DNA of 63,290 nt, the filler included, from Perkinsus olseni (taxonomy: Eukaryota), in the NCBI GenBank assembly GCA_013115125.1. It is 37 parts of 37 records of this genome, joined end to end, with 100 filler letters (N's around TTAATTAATTAA, not from the genome) between each part and the next. Parts side by side here need not be neighbours in the genome. Positions count along the whole stretch, not along the records: positions 10,480 to 12,121 come from JABANN010001804.1; positions 12,222 to 13,860 come from JABANN010001805.1; positions 13,961 to 15,597 come from JABANN010001806.1; positions 15,698 to 17,326 come from JABANN010001807.1; positions 17,427 to 19,055 come from JABANN010001808.1; positions 19,156 to 20,783 come from JABANN010001809.1; positions 20,884 to 22,511 come from JABANN010001810.1; positions 22,612 to 24,239 come from JABANN010001811.1; 29 more parts are not named here. One strand, given 5' to 3'. Position 1 is the stretch's first letter. The number at the start of each line of letters is the position of its first letter. Shown here piece by piece: positions 11,601 through 23,471 of the stretch. The notes beneath the pieces were generated by a model. The model searched no databases, had not been told where the DNA came from, and was given only the letters and a program-made list of their open reading frames with translations. Made by a program: the position numbers and the translations under genes.

Positions 11601-14058
11601 TGACTCGGGGAAGAAGCCAGTGGTATCCTATCCCCCGAAAGCAAACCGTGCCGTTCAGGCTCAGGAGGTCTCGGCGCACTCGATGGGGATACTTTTGCCC
11701 TCAACACTCCCTGTTGTGCTCGTACAGGTAGGTGGCGCACGAATCGCACAGCTCAGTCGTTGCTTGGGGGGAAACGTTTTGTCCTGCTTAGCTCCGTCCG
11801 CTCCTCGAGCACGTCGCCAAAGACTGTAAAGATTCAGCGGTTCTAGCCAACCACCATCCAATCACGATCTCGATGACCGTCACCCTGGCCACTAGAAGGA
11901 GGTGAGCCCACCAGCTCGATTTCTCTGAATCTGATACCATCCTTTGGTGATCCACTCTCCGTGCTCAGGTTGGTTTTTGAACGCAACGCTCATTTCCTTT
12001 TGATCATGCAGGTTCAGCGTAACCTGCAGCACAGCGTTCCGTGAGAAGGCGGTCAACGGCCAGCGGAATAGAGCTGCGAGCGCCAACCTCACGAGCGTCC
12101 AGTAATTATCTACTTTTGCTGNNNNNNNNNNNNNNNNNNNNNNNNNNNNNNNNNNNNNNNNNNNNTTAATTAATTAANNNNNNNNNNNNNNNNNNNNNNN
12201 NNNNNNNNNNNNNNNNNNNNNTTTTGTAAGCAGCTCCGCAAGCGTGCGGCACGCTGCGTACCTCATTGCCTAATCCTCAGTCATCTAGGGTTTTGTAGGA
12301 AAGTGTCACGGTCGTATCATCTTTGTTCTTTTCCATCCGTAAGCCATGTTGCGACAGAACAGACTGTCCTTCCTTCATGGGCCACAGAACGGACTGATAC
12401 GCCTGTGTCTGCGTACATTAGCACGCACACTCACCGACCCTATAATTGCGAGGTCTAGTGTAGATAATGCGAGGAAGAATGACAATTTGCAGAGTAGACG
12501 TTCCACACGCACCACCCTGATTACGCCAATTCAACAGCGTGTGTCTTTTAGATGGTGGTAATCTCTTCCATCAGTAATAGTAGGAGGCACCTGCTAAATA
12601 CTACCTCGAGCTCAGAAGTGAGTTCGAGGAGTCCACTTCCCTCAAATCCACAGAGATCACAAGGACGACATGGAAAGGCGGAGATGATGACGAAAAGGGA
12701 CCGAGGCAGTAAAAACTGGCCGAGGAGAGAAGGGAGATTGGCAGAGAGGCAAACCTAACCAACCAGCACGAGCGGAAACTCAAACGATGATGGGATACAG
12801 GACAGCCTTTCATGCTGTTTAATTCTCTACTTACCTATTGCGAGTTGGGAATGGAGTGGTATGTGATGGATTATCGTCGCAGGGTGCAGCGAGATTGATG
12901 CTTCATGATCAATGATGAAACCTAAAGCTTTTATAACGGAAGTGGAGATAACTTGAGACTCGCTGCAATCCACAAATACAAGGGTCTTGGCTGATGCTGT
13001 CCGTGATAAAGTAGATGCCGCAGGAGAGCCGAAGCGACTCTGAGCCGAACGATGACAACAATACCATCAATTAGATGGGGTAAGAGTCCACTAGCTTGAC
13101 GCTAGAAGAAATCAGAACACAATTTGGCAGACTTGACATGCATTCTAAAACCACTCCAACTTGCTGTCGATCGCTTAGTCATAAATGCTGTTACCAGCAT
13201 ACTGTCGCTTCCTGACGAAATGTGTGGTAAGAGTGGATGAAGGCCTCAGTTGTTTTTCCTGCAACCAGATCAAACTTGATGGAGCGGGTTTTTATTGTTT
13301 ATTTGGCTTGTGTATGAGTCGAAATTTCCGGGCCACGAAATCGGGTCGTGGCCAAACTTGTGCTTATTCATGAGCTCTATCTGGAGGAGCTGGTATTGGT
13401 GAAGGGGTGACTGCCGCTCTGGAGCTTCCAGCGCTTCTCTGTAGTTTACGTGCTCGTCACGCTCACCTCGCATATCTTTCATCAATCCCTTAATGAAAAA
13501 CCTCGACATATCTTCCGCCATACAATCCTACAAACATGCAGTATTAGCATATCTCAATTTCGGGCATTGGAGTAAGATCGTACCGGTCGCACAGAAGGCG
13601 GTGGAGAGTCCACACGCAGACGTCATGGTAGGTGTGGTATTGGGGTCTCTCAACTCGAACCATGCATGCTCTGAAATTTTACTGGTTGTGCTGCTTTGAT
13701 ACCTAATCATGGTTATGGTAGGGCCGGACACCGTGAGTGATACTCTAGGAGGAAAAAACAACAACCGCGGCATAGCAATGCTAAGGGATTGGCTTTAATT
13801 CTGCACCGCACACCCCGACTGGATTTACGTATCATCTTTATCTCCGTGAATAACAGTCATNNNNNNNNNNNNNNNNNNNNNNNNNNNNNNNNNNNNNNNN
13901 NNNNTTAATTAATTAANNNNNNNNNNNNNNNNNNNNNNNNNNNNNNNNNNNNNNNNNNNNAGAACTTTTCGGGCACTGAAAGGATTTTTTGGGAGCCGAA
14001 AGTGTTTTTCGGGCGCGCGAAAGTACCGGCCCCCCTAAAGTACTCAAACCGCCCCTAA

Positions 14059-15197
14059 ATTACTCATGCTTGCCCCTAACCATTTTCTTCGGTGTACGAG
14101 TCGTACAGTACGACCATTATACGTGCTTTCTAGGACTATTGACCAGTGTCCACGTATTAGGTAGAGTCTACGTTGATTTTCTGCCATGCCAAGGAAGTTG
14201 AGAGTGCCAAATCGCTTTCATTCTAGATCTTTAGGGCACGTGAGCGGGTATGTAGGCGAACTGAATCAGGCCTGCCGTACAACTGGCCAGTACAGGCCCT
14301 ATACTGTAGGGGTCTTCAGTGAAGACTCTTCACGTTGTTATACCGCTACATTGATAAGTTTGCACAATCCAAAAGTTGCAGATGGGGGTACAAAATATGT
14401 AAACGAGAACGTTCGCTACAGAAGGTATTGGAAGCAGAGAACGCTAAAACTCTTGAAAGCATGCTCACGTAGCAGCATCATTTACTGGAAGCTAATAATT
14501 TCTAGCGCTAGTGGCGTAATTTAAGTATTAATTTGCTTGTCTCTCTACTAGCACGGATATCTTTATGCCAGTTATATACGGCATAACGTGTTTCACGACT
14601 CGTCACTCTTCTGTCTTGGAGAGGTTCTTGGGCATTTGAGTCGGTGTAACCACTATCAGCGTGGAATTTATGGCATATATCGTTTGCCTACCACCGATCA
14701 CGCTGACAGCCCTTTAGCGGCAGTTTGTCACACGATCCGGGAGAGCGGGAGCTCGTTAGATTGTCTCACTGACTCTGATTTGTTTAGGTCGGGTGGTGGG
14801 CCACTCTAGTACTAGCCCTGTTTTCTGAAGGGATCCGAGCTTGCGGAACTTTCTGTTGAAAAGCTGCAAGACCAATTGTCATTCAGGGGAGCATGTGAGG
14901 AATCAATGATGTGATACTTGAATCGTGGGCCCGGGAATCACAATTGTACTAGTACATACTCGGGATTTAGTCCTAGTTTTCAAGGATTGTCAGTTATTTA
15001 TGACCTTTCTTAGCGGCTAGGATCCAGCCGACATCCTGAAGGGCGTATAATAACGTGGTGTAGCCAGCGCCGCGCGGTGTGGTAGAATCTTTATACCCGA
15101 CGTCTGGCGAGGGTCGGAACGCCGGGTATCGCTTTCTTTTTTTCAGACCTTGCGGTGATTACTTATGCTTGCCCCTAACCGTTTTCTTCGGTGTACG
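14059..15197 (+). repeat. 40-bp direct repeat pair (14059-14098 and 15158-15197), probable transposon end
   Basis: attactcatgcttgcccctaaccattttcttcggtgtacg vs attacttatgcttgcccctaaccgttttcttcggtgtacg (38/40 identical). Confidence 0.8.
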
Positions 15198-15698
15198 GCC
15201 TGAAAGCCTTTCAGTGAAAGGCTCTGCAGCCTCCACTGTAAGACGGCCTGTAAAGAGTATAAGCCTTCCGAATCAGTCTGTATCTCCCCCGTATGCTGTG
15301 GGAACTTATATAAAGTGGGAGTTGACGGAGAGAAAGGTTGACATGAATCTCTGCTGCTACCAATGAGGCTGATGATCTAACCTTTTCTTTACTCGCATGA
15401 CATAGCCTCGGTATGCCCTGCATCGCATTCGTGTGCTGTGGAAACTCATGTCGCGTGCGAGTCGACGGACAAAAGGTTCGACATCAGTCTTCGCGATTAC
15501 CACTGGTAGGCTACCAGTGACGCAGATGATCCAAACATAGCCTCACTTGGGCGAGATAGTCGTCAAGTGGTCTGTCTCACCTCAATGTGCTCTGGAANNN
15601 NNNNNNNNNNNNNNNNNNNNNNNNNNNNNNNNNNNNNNNNNTTAATTAATTAANNNNNNNNNNNNNNNNNNNNNNNNNNNNNNNNNNNNNNNNNNNNG

Positions 15699-17326
15699 CG
15701 GGTCCTTCCCCGCTCGGGCCGCTACATTTGTGAGGTACCCCGCATAGAGCGAGGCCTCCGTCCACCAAGCCGTACCATGGCTGCATGGCGCCAGGTGAAT
15801 GAATCCATCGTCCTGAAGCTCGATGGGTTTCATTTTATGCGACGCTTTGATCTGGGAATAACCCACGTATCGCATGTGTACTACAAATCCTTCATGTCCG
15901 ACCTAATGTTTGCTATCTTTGCAAAACATGAAGGAGATTGGAGAGATTTGACGGAAGCCGCATATCTACATTATTCGGAAAAGGGCCTGTCGCGAGCCGA
16001 GGCAGTTCAGAGAATAACACGAGCTGATGTCCAGAAATACTGCCGCCGTAGAGTGCCACCGGCCAATGAGCTCTACATGCGTGTGCGCGAGGTGGTCGAG
16101 CGCTACGAGGGAAAATCCTACGACGACGTCCCCCTCTACAACTCCTACATGCCTGCAATATGGCAGCAGTTGCAAGTCCACATACGTCGAGGTTGCCTCT
16201 CAGACCCTGATCCGACAACTGACAACTCCGTGCCCTTATATGCTGTGGTTGGGACTGAGTTCTTCCGTCAAGATCCTCGCTGCCCACTGACGGTCTACAG
16301 GACGTGCAGATCTACAAGCCAACTTGAAGCATATCACAGGGTGCTGAAATCCAATTTTCAAGGGGCAAGTTGTGGAGTGGAACTTGGGCACGCGCTCATA
16401 TGTGACTGCGCTTATCGATTCAACTGCTCGCGGGCGGCTCATGCGGAGGCCGAGGGCGTGGCTGTGAGCCAAGGCCTAGCTGAAGACCCGCTGCCAGGAG
16501 TGGTTATGGACCCCTTCTCCGTAGCCGTGCTGAATAAGCGGAACAATGATACTTTTGGTTCTGATGCGTTCCCTCTTTTCGCGAGGGATTACGATGCTAG
16601 TGAGAGTGGTGAAGAGGTATTTGGTCTTGCCTATACGAGAGCACGGTTTGCGGAAGTCAAGGCTATGGGGGATCAAGAAGATGGGGCTTGGGAGGATGTC
16701 TTCAGTGAAGCCATTCAGGAGAGCTCTGGGAGAATCCAGAGAATAGATGATGAGCTTGCGGATCGCGACATTGACTCAACAGTCGCATCCTCTGGGGACC
16801 TACCCGAATCTTCGCTGGAAGCCAACACGGTATCGGGTGGCTCCAGTGAGCGGGCGAGGAAAAGGGCGAGGCTAGCCTTCTCCGGCAGCGTTGCGAGACC
16901 GCGAAACCCAAGTATCTCCAAGGAGATGTCGGATCTGGTGCTCAAACTGCTAGCCATCCACGGGAGTGATATCGATGGTATCTACCGAGCCTACGAGGTT
17001 GAGTATCGCAATCGCAAGGCCCTGGATAGCACTTGCGGCTTATTTCAAACCTCCAGGGAGCTGATACGGAAATTCGTGGTCGGCGATGCTAAGCACCAAG
17101 CCGCTGCGGAGCTGGATGTTCTAGATCCAGCGGGGAAGGTGCGCATGAATGCACTGAAGCAACCGGTTGTTCGAGTCCCTGACGGTGTATTCGAATCATC
17201 TCAAGCAGCCCCAGTGAGCTATGATCCTATCTTCGTGGAGCCGGCCTCGGCTACATCTAGGCACACACACGCAGCAAAGCCGCTAGCCGTGCGATGTCGA
17301 GTCTGGCTTCATTGTGTTGCGATGGA
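15699..17326 (+). mobile_element. Putative transposase of the DUF6729-associated family (partial)
   Basis: Motif series LKLDGFHFMRRF, YCRR, HIRRGCLSDP, LTVYRTCRSTSQLEAYH, YRFNCSR resembles the C-terminal region of DUF6729-containing proteins (recognised from memory). DxxH plus a distal E fits a DDE fold. Confidence 0.65.
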
Positions 17327-18579
17327 NNNNNNNNNNNNNNNNNNNNNNNNNNNNNNNNNNNNNNNNNNNNTTAATTAATTAANNNNNNNNNNNNNNNNNN
17401 NNNNNNNNNNNNNNNNNNNNNNNNNNACACCTGGTGTCCCCTCTCGCGGGTTCTGGTTTCGCGTATGCCTCTCCCAACCTCAGCGTCTATGGGTTTCCGT
17501 GGTTCGAAATCAGTGTTAGAGTATCTAGGTCGGGTTCGGGTTTGTTTGAGCCTCGATAGTGTGAGCACAATGAATGAGAGTATTGAGATTGTGGAGAGCG
17601 TTTTCAGAGGAACCAAACTCCTTGAGGAGTTTAGCAGTGCCCTATGTTGTGTCATGAGGCTTGCAGTTGGTCGTAGCGTATCTTGGTAAGACTAAGACCA
17701 TCATCATGATAGGATCATAATACGCAGGTAAAGCCTGGTTAACATCTATGGCTTGTGTAGCTGCTACATTTCTGCAGGTTTATAGGGGGTTCTTGAAGAC
17801 ATATATGCTCGACAGTATGAGAAGATAAAGATATGTTCTAAATTACCAGTAAAACTGGTCTAGTATTGCTACGTTTCCCTGCATTCAATTGTAGGATGGT
17901 GATCACAACTGCATTGCTTGGTCCCCGTCGGATGAATTAGCTTTTTAGGGGGCATCGACGCCCCCAGAGTCTGTCGTGGACAGTATCTTTTTCATGAAGG
18001 TGGGACTGCTTGGGCATTTCATGAAGGTGGCCTCATGCGGAGTAGGCCTGCTCTGATCTCTGCTCGACTCCCTGCATTTCTCGTTGAACATGGAGCAGCT
18101 GTGACACTGGGGGGTATTGCTCTCCTTGTCACAGTTAGGTCTCCCAGTTGGGTATCGCCTTCCGGGGGCGAGAGGCCGCTATGTGGCCTGTAGCAGTGCT
18201 ACAGTAGCACTGCACCTATAATATATAGGTAGCATTTCCACAGTGTCCCCACCTGCACGGTCTGCGCGCTCTCAGTTGTTGTATTCCCCAAAAATGTCCC
18301 TTTCTGTGTCGTGGGCATGCGTGGATACCGTGCTGGCGCCGAATTTGGTCGCAGTTACCGTGGATGGCAAGTGAAAGCAATAGGAATGGCTGTTGCGAGT
18401 GAATGGAGAGGGATGCGCAGATTTGGGAATGGTGACAGATCAGGAGAAAGTGGCTTGGCTGGTGTCACCACAGAAAGTCGATTTTTGTCGGCGAGAATTG
18501 GATGGATAATGTAAGGGGATGGCTGGGTGATTCCCGTTGGATTGTCTCTGATTGGTGTGCGCAAAGTTGGGCCTAAAAT

Positions 18580-19055
18580 CGTGGTGATACGGTGCGATTT
18601 TAAAAAAAGAGAGAATAATAAATAATAATTTTTTTTATAATTGCTGTGTCACCAGTCACCACAATTTTCAGTGTGGTGGACGAGATAAGTACCAATCGCT
18701 GCGGACATACCGTAGAATTCGAGATTGGGCATTCGTGGTTGGTGAATTGTTCCGAGCTGAGAGTGATGCTGCTTGTCGGAGAGAATTGGATGGATTGGAG
18801 GTGCGCGAGAGAAAAATTGGCGGTCTGGCTGGTGAGCGTGTGAGCTGAGGATTCCGGTGGTGTGAGCAAATTGGAGAGTGCGCGGGTAAATTCGGAGAAA
18901 TCGCGAGGGAATGGTCAGTTGTGTGTGTGGGAAATGGAGACAGCGGGGGTTGAACTCGGGTGCTTCGGTCACCGCAGCGTGGAATGAAGTCGGCGAGAAT
19001 CGAACTTGAGTGGCGTTGGACAGTCCGGTGGGATTGAACCTGCGTGTTGTCGAAT
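18580..19055. repeat. Dispersed ~500-bp repeat family, copy 2
   Basis: Collinear homology to 1018-1505, with an internal repeated gtcggNgagaat unit. Confidence 0.7.
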
Positions 19056-19157
19056 NNNNNNNNNNNNNNNNNNNNNNNNNNNNNNNNNNNNNNNNNNNNT
19101 TAATTAATTAANNNNNNNNNNNNNNNNNNNNNNNNNNNNNNNNNNNNNNNNNNNNTC

Positions 19158-20783
19158 ATCGGTTATCCCTTGGAGGTGGTCATGGTCACGGACCATAGGC
19201 CCCTCACGTGGTTACGTAAGGCTACTAGCCCGAAGGTGACGAGGTGGCTACTGGCCCTACAGGCATATCGGTTTACGGTCCGCTATCGAGAAGGAACTAA
19301 GCACGTTAATGCTGATGCTCTCTCTCGGATTAGGCCGGTTACCCTCAAGAAGGAAGGTGTTCCTGGTGTTGAGGTGTTGTCCGCGGAGCAACTTGGCTGC
19401 GGGACGGAGCAAGATCGGCTCGTTGAGCCTCGTCGACTCTCGGCTACGTTCGAGGGCGGCGAGTTAGGTGGGTCGGTACGGTTGACTTCGGCCATCGTGT
19501 GCATCCTCTCGGTGGCGCCCCGGTGGACTAAGGAAGAGCTTCGTAATGTTCAGCAAGCTGATCCGACTCTCTCCCTGGTTTTCGAGCGAAGGTTGGATTC
19601 GGCTCCTTTGGCGAGGAACGAATTGATAGGGCCGGAGCTTATGCCTTATAAGAAGATCTGGGGTCAGTTGGATGTCGTGGACGGTGTCTTAGTGCGACTG
19701 GTTCGGCCGCTGCCTGATGATAAGCCTCGCCTGGTTCCTGTGGTCCCTCAAGCCATTAGGTCGGAGGTGCTTCTTCAGTTTCATGATGACGACGGCCACT
19801 TCGGCAAGGAACGGGTTGGCCAGAAGCTTACCTCTTTGTGTTACTGGCCGGGTATGTTGACGGCGGTTGCGGACTACATCTGCGAGTGTCGCCGTTGCAA
19901 GGAGGCTAAGAAGAAGGTCGTGCCCCCTATGGACTTGGTAACTATCCCGGTAGGCCGGCCGTGGCATACGGTAGCCATTGACTTCTTGTCGTTGTCAACT
20001 CCGGTCGGGTCTTTCTCCAAGTTGTTGGTGGTTGTGGACTATTTTACTAAGTTCGCGGAGGCCTTCCCTGTGACCGATGAAACGGCAGCAAGTGCGGTAG
20101 CTTCTCTCTATGTTCTGTTCGGTCATTTTGGTCCCCCAGAGCGAGTGTTGTCGGATAATGGGCCGGCGTTTGAGTCCAAGGTCTTTGAGAAAGTTCTCAC
20201 GGGCCTGGGCTGCAAGCGAGCCCACTGTACGGTATATCACCCTCAAGGCAATGGTTTAGTCGAGCGCTTTAACCAGACGGTGCTGGAAATGTTAAGGACG
20301 CACGTGGACCACTCTTATGATTGGCTGGGCAAGCTGAGGACGGTTTTGTGGTGCTACAACACTAGTGTGCATGCCAGTACGGGGCACACGCCTTACTTCC
20401 TCATGTTTGGCCGGGAGCCTAATGTTGGCTACTTTCCACCTTTGTCTGACGCCTTCAATCTGCATGATCCTATCACTTGGTCGGAAGAACAAGCCCACAC
20501 TCGAGCTCGTATTCAGGATACCGTGGATCTATATGTCTCGTATGCTGGTGCTCGTCAGAACTTCTGACTCAGAAGTACTTCTATGATAAGAAGGCTAAGT
20601 CGAGGGTGTTCTTTGTGGGTCAGAGGGTGCAGCTCAAGAGGTTCCCGAGTTCTCGTGGTCGGCGTGATAAACTCTTATCCGGTTGGGAGGACGGTTGGTT
20701 TGTCAAGCGTATTATGCCAGGACGGGTTGTGAAGGCTGTGGAAGTGATGCACGAAGACACTGGTCATACTAAGGTTATCTCTG
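19158..20783 (+). pseudogene. pol: Gypsy/Ty3 pol (RNaseH-integrase), frameshifted at 20561-20574
   Basis: TDHRPL, HVNADALSR, HDDDGH...CRRC, AIDF / SDNG / VERFN. The C-terminus (QKYFYDKK...GQRV) continues in another frame after a 14-nt insertion. Confidence 0.92.
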
Positions 20784-20883
20784 NNNNNNNNNNNNNNNNN
20801 NNNNNNNNNNNNNNNNNNNNNNNNNNNTTAATTAATTAANNNNNNNNNNNNNNNNNNNNNNNNNNNNNNNNNNNNNNNNNNNN

Positions 20884-22511
20884 CGAAGGTTCTTGGGCTG
20901 GTGCGAAACGGTATCGGGGTGGAGATCTATCCCATATGTGGTCAAGCACTGCAAAGGCCTCTCCAACGACTTCGCTGACTTGCTGAGCCGATGGATGGCA
21001 GCGCCCACTACCAGCACGCCAGAGATCACAGACGTGCCCAAGCCGACCATGAACACCTCGACTAGGGGGGGTATGCCAACACCATCGTCTTACAACGACA
21101 CTCTTCTCGTCAAGCCGTTCATGGTCAATCTACACCAAGAAGACAACTCCCCCGACGATGAACCTCGAGCGAATGAAGGGGTAAGGTTGGGTCAACAACA
21201 AGCACAGGAGGTCAGACGAGCCCTACTGGTTGACGACTCCACCTACCTAGGGGTAAGACTGAAGGATATCTACACGATCGCTGCCGACGAGGAAGAAGAC
21301 GTGAACATCCCAGAGGTCGCCCTCAAGAGAGTGAAGAAGTGGATAGAGGACAAGTACTTCGTCATGAGGGAGACTGCCGGCGTGAAGTTGCTATACACGA
21401 CGCCGGTGATCCGCAAGGACATGACCAAGGAGGCCGAGGACAACTACGGTGACTATGTTATGGTGGTGCCCGGTGACTGCAACGTCAACGTGGTTCCCCA
21501 AGTGGCCGGGTCCGAAAGGTTCGATATGAGGCAGAGCATCCTCTACATGAACCACGACACCATCATCGCTGCACACGGGTCCGAGGCGACTACACTGAGG
21601 TCGGTATTAACTTACTACTGGTGGCCGTCTCTCGTCAAGGACATTCGCAACCACAGGCTATCCTGTGCGATCTGCCAACCATCAAGCTACCTGTCGGCGG
21701 TCGGTACTTTGCCCACTACGAGGGAACGGTTCAAGGTGTACTCCATCGATTTCAAGGAGATACCCGATGAGCTGAAGTCCAGGCTGGAGCTAAACCATGA
21801 AGCTGCCATCTTGAGCTGCATCGACTTGGGCACCGGAGAAGTGACCTTCGAGTACGTGAAGGACCACAGTGTCTACACGGTATGCCTGTTCCTATGGACC
21901 AAGGTGATTGCTCGCCACGGACCCCCTGCTAAGGTGTGCTCTGATCAAGCTGCCAGCTTTGTCTCTGCGGTGGTAGCCAAGCTGGCCAAGCTGTTTGGGT
22001 TCACGATGAAGACTAGTGCCTCTCGCAACCCGACAGGTAACAGCCGTATTGAGAGAGCCCACAAGTCCCTAGGGTTCTTACTACAGGCGATGTTATACTC
22101 TGGCGATGGGGCCGACGAGAACGACTTAAAGGTCTATTTGGCTGCAGCTGAGGCCCGCGCTAACTTCAAGCTTGCTGAAGGAGAAGAGCTCTCAGTCCAC
22201 GCCGCTGTGTACGGGCAGGCCCCCAACGGGTTCCTAGACGAAGACCAGGAGGAAGTCGACGACTCGGAATATACTGAGCCAGAGATCGACGGTATCTTCC
22301 AAGCGGCCACCTATGCATGTGCAACTCTAGCTGACCTACGAGACCTGAAGGCCCACTACAACGTTGGATATCGCCTCACCCAATTTCATATGGGGAAGGT
22401 GCCAAAGCTTAAGGAAGGTGACCGTGTCCTCCACCAGAACGTCGGGGACGAGATCGTCAAGGTATATGTGGCCGACAACAACAACAAGCCCACGGTGGCC
22501 ATCTTGAAGTC
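20884..22511 (+). mobile_element. pol: Gypsy-like pol fragment (RNaseH end plus integrase)
   Basis: HCKGLSNDFADLLSR, NHDTIIAAHG...CAIC, SIDF / SDQA / IERAH. Confidence 0.88.
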
Positions 22512-22613
22512 NNNNNNNNNNNNNNNNNNNNNNNNNNNNNNNNNNNNNNNNNNNNTTAATTAATTAANNNNNNNNNNNNNNNNNNNNNNNNNNNNNNNNN
22601 NNNNNNNNNNNAC

Positions 22614-23471
22614 AGTTCTACCACTTCGGTGCCTACGACGACCTCCAGTACACCTGCACGTACCACCGCTCGTTGTGAATGCCCACCTATTCCGATACAC
22701 TGTTATGCCTCTACACTTGCACCGACAACTCCATTCACCACTCGGACAGCTAGTCCTCCTACGACGGCTTCCTCTACGGGAGCGCCTACCACTCCCGCCA
22801 ACTCTACGACGACGGCTTCTACTACAACTGAGTCCACTACGGGACCGCATAGCACTTCAGCTGAGTCCACTACGGGAGCGCCTACCACTCCCGCCAACTC
22901 TACGACGTCGGCTTCTACTACAGCTGAGTCCACTACGGGATCGCCTACCACTCCCGCCAGCTCTACAACGTCGGCTTCTACTACGACTGAGTCCACTACG
23001 GGACCGTATAGCACTTCAGCTGAGTCCACTCCGGGACCGTCTAGTACAATTCCTCGCTCTACTTCTGCATCTCCCACTTACTCTTCCACGTCAGCTACGA
23101 CGAGTACAACTACGACTACCTCGACTATGTCCTGTACCTGTGAGCCTTGGCCTATCAACTGCACTACAACCTCTCCACACTGGCCCTCGTCGAGTTCATC
23201 CACCTCGACAGCTGTGTCGACCACTAGTACCACTCCTACAAATGATCCCTCGACCACCACTAACACCTCGACAGCTCCTGTGCCGACCAGTGCTACTGTT
23301 ACCGTTACCACCCCTACCAGTGATCCTGTGACCACCACGGGGACTACGACCATTCCTCGGTCGACCACCGTCGCTCCAAGTACCGTGACTGTACCTATAT
23401 TTAGTGCGGCCGCTGATGTCGGCTCGACGTTCACTGTACTGGCGATTGTAGTTACCGCGATGGTTAATTAA
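22614..23471 (+). CDS. Thr/Ser/Pro-rich mucin-like protein, C-terminal part, probable GPI or membrane anchor
   Basis: Tandem STTG(A/S)PTTPANSTT and STTGP(H/Y)STSAE repeats, two CxCxPxPIxC motifs, hydrophobic tail TFTVLAIVVTAMVN-stop. Confidence 0.75.
   Translation, partial: SSTTSVPTTTSSTPARTTARCECPPIPIHCYASTLAPTTPFTTRTASPPTTASSTGAPTTPANSTTTASTTTESTTGPHSTSAESTTGAPTTPANSTTSASTTAESTTGSPTTPASSTTSASTTTESTTGPYSTSAESTPGPSSTIPRSTSASPTYSSTSATTSTTTTTSTMSCTCEPWPINCTTTSPHWPSSSSSTSTAVSTTSTTPTNDPSTTTNTSTAPVPTSATVTVTTPTSDPVTTTGTTTIPRSTTVAPSTVTVPIFSAAADVGSTFTVLAIVVTAMVN

Noticed and set aside
11026-12092. Series of minus-strand ORFs that could be one decayed gene
   Set aside because: They are broken by stops and carry no motif I can recognise, so I left them uncalled.
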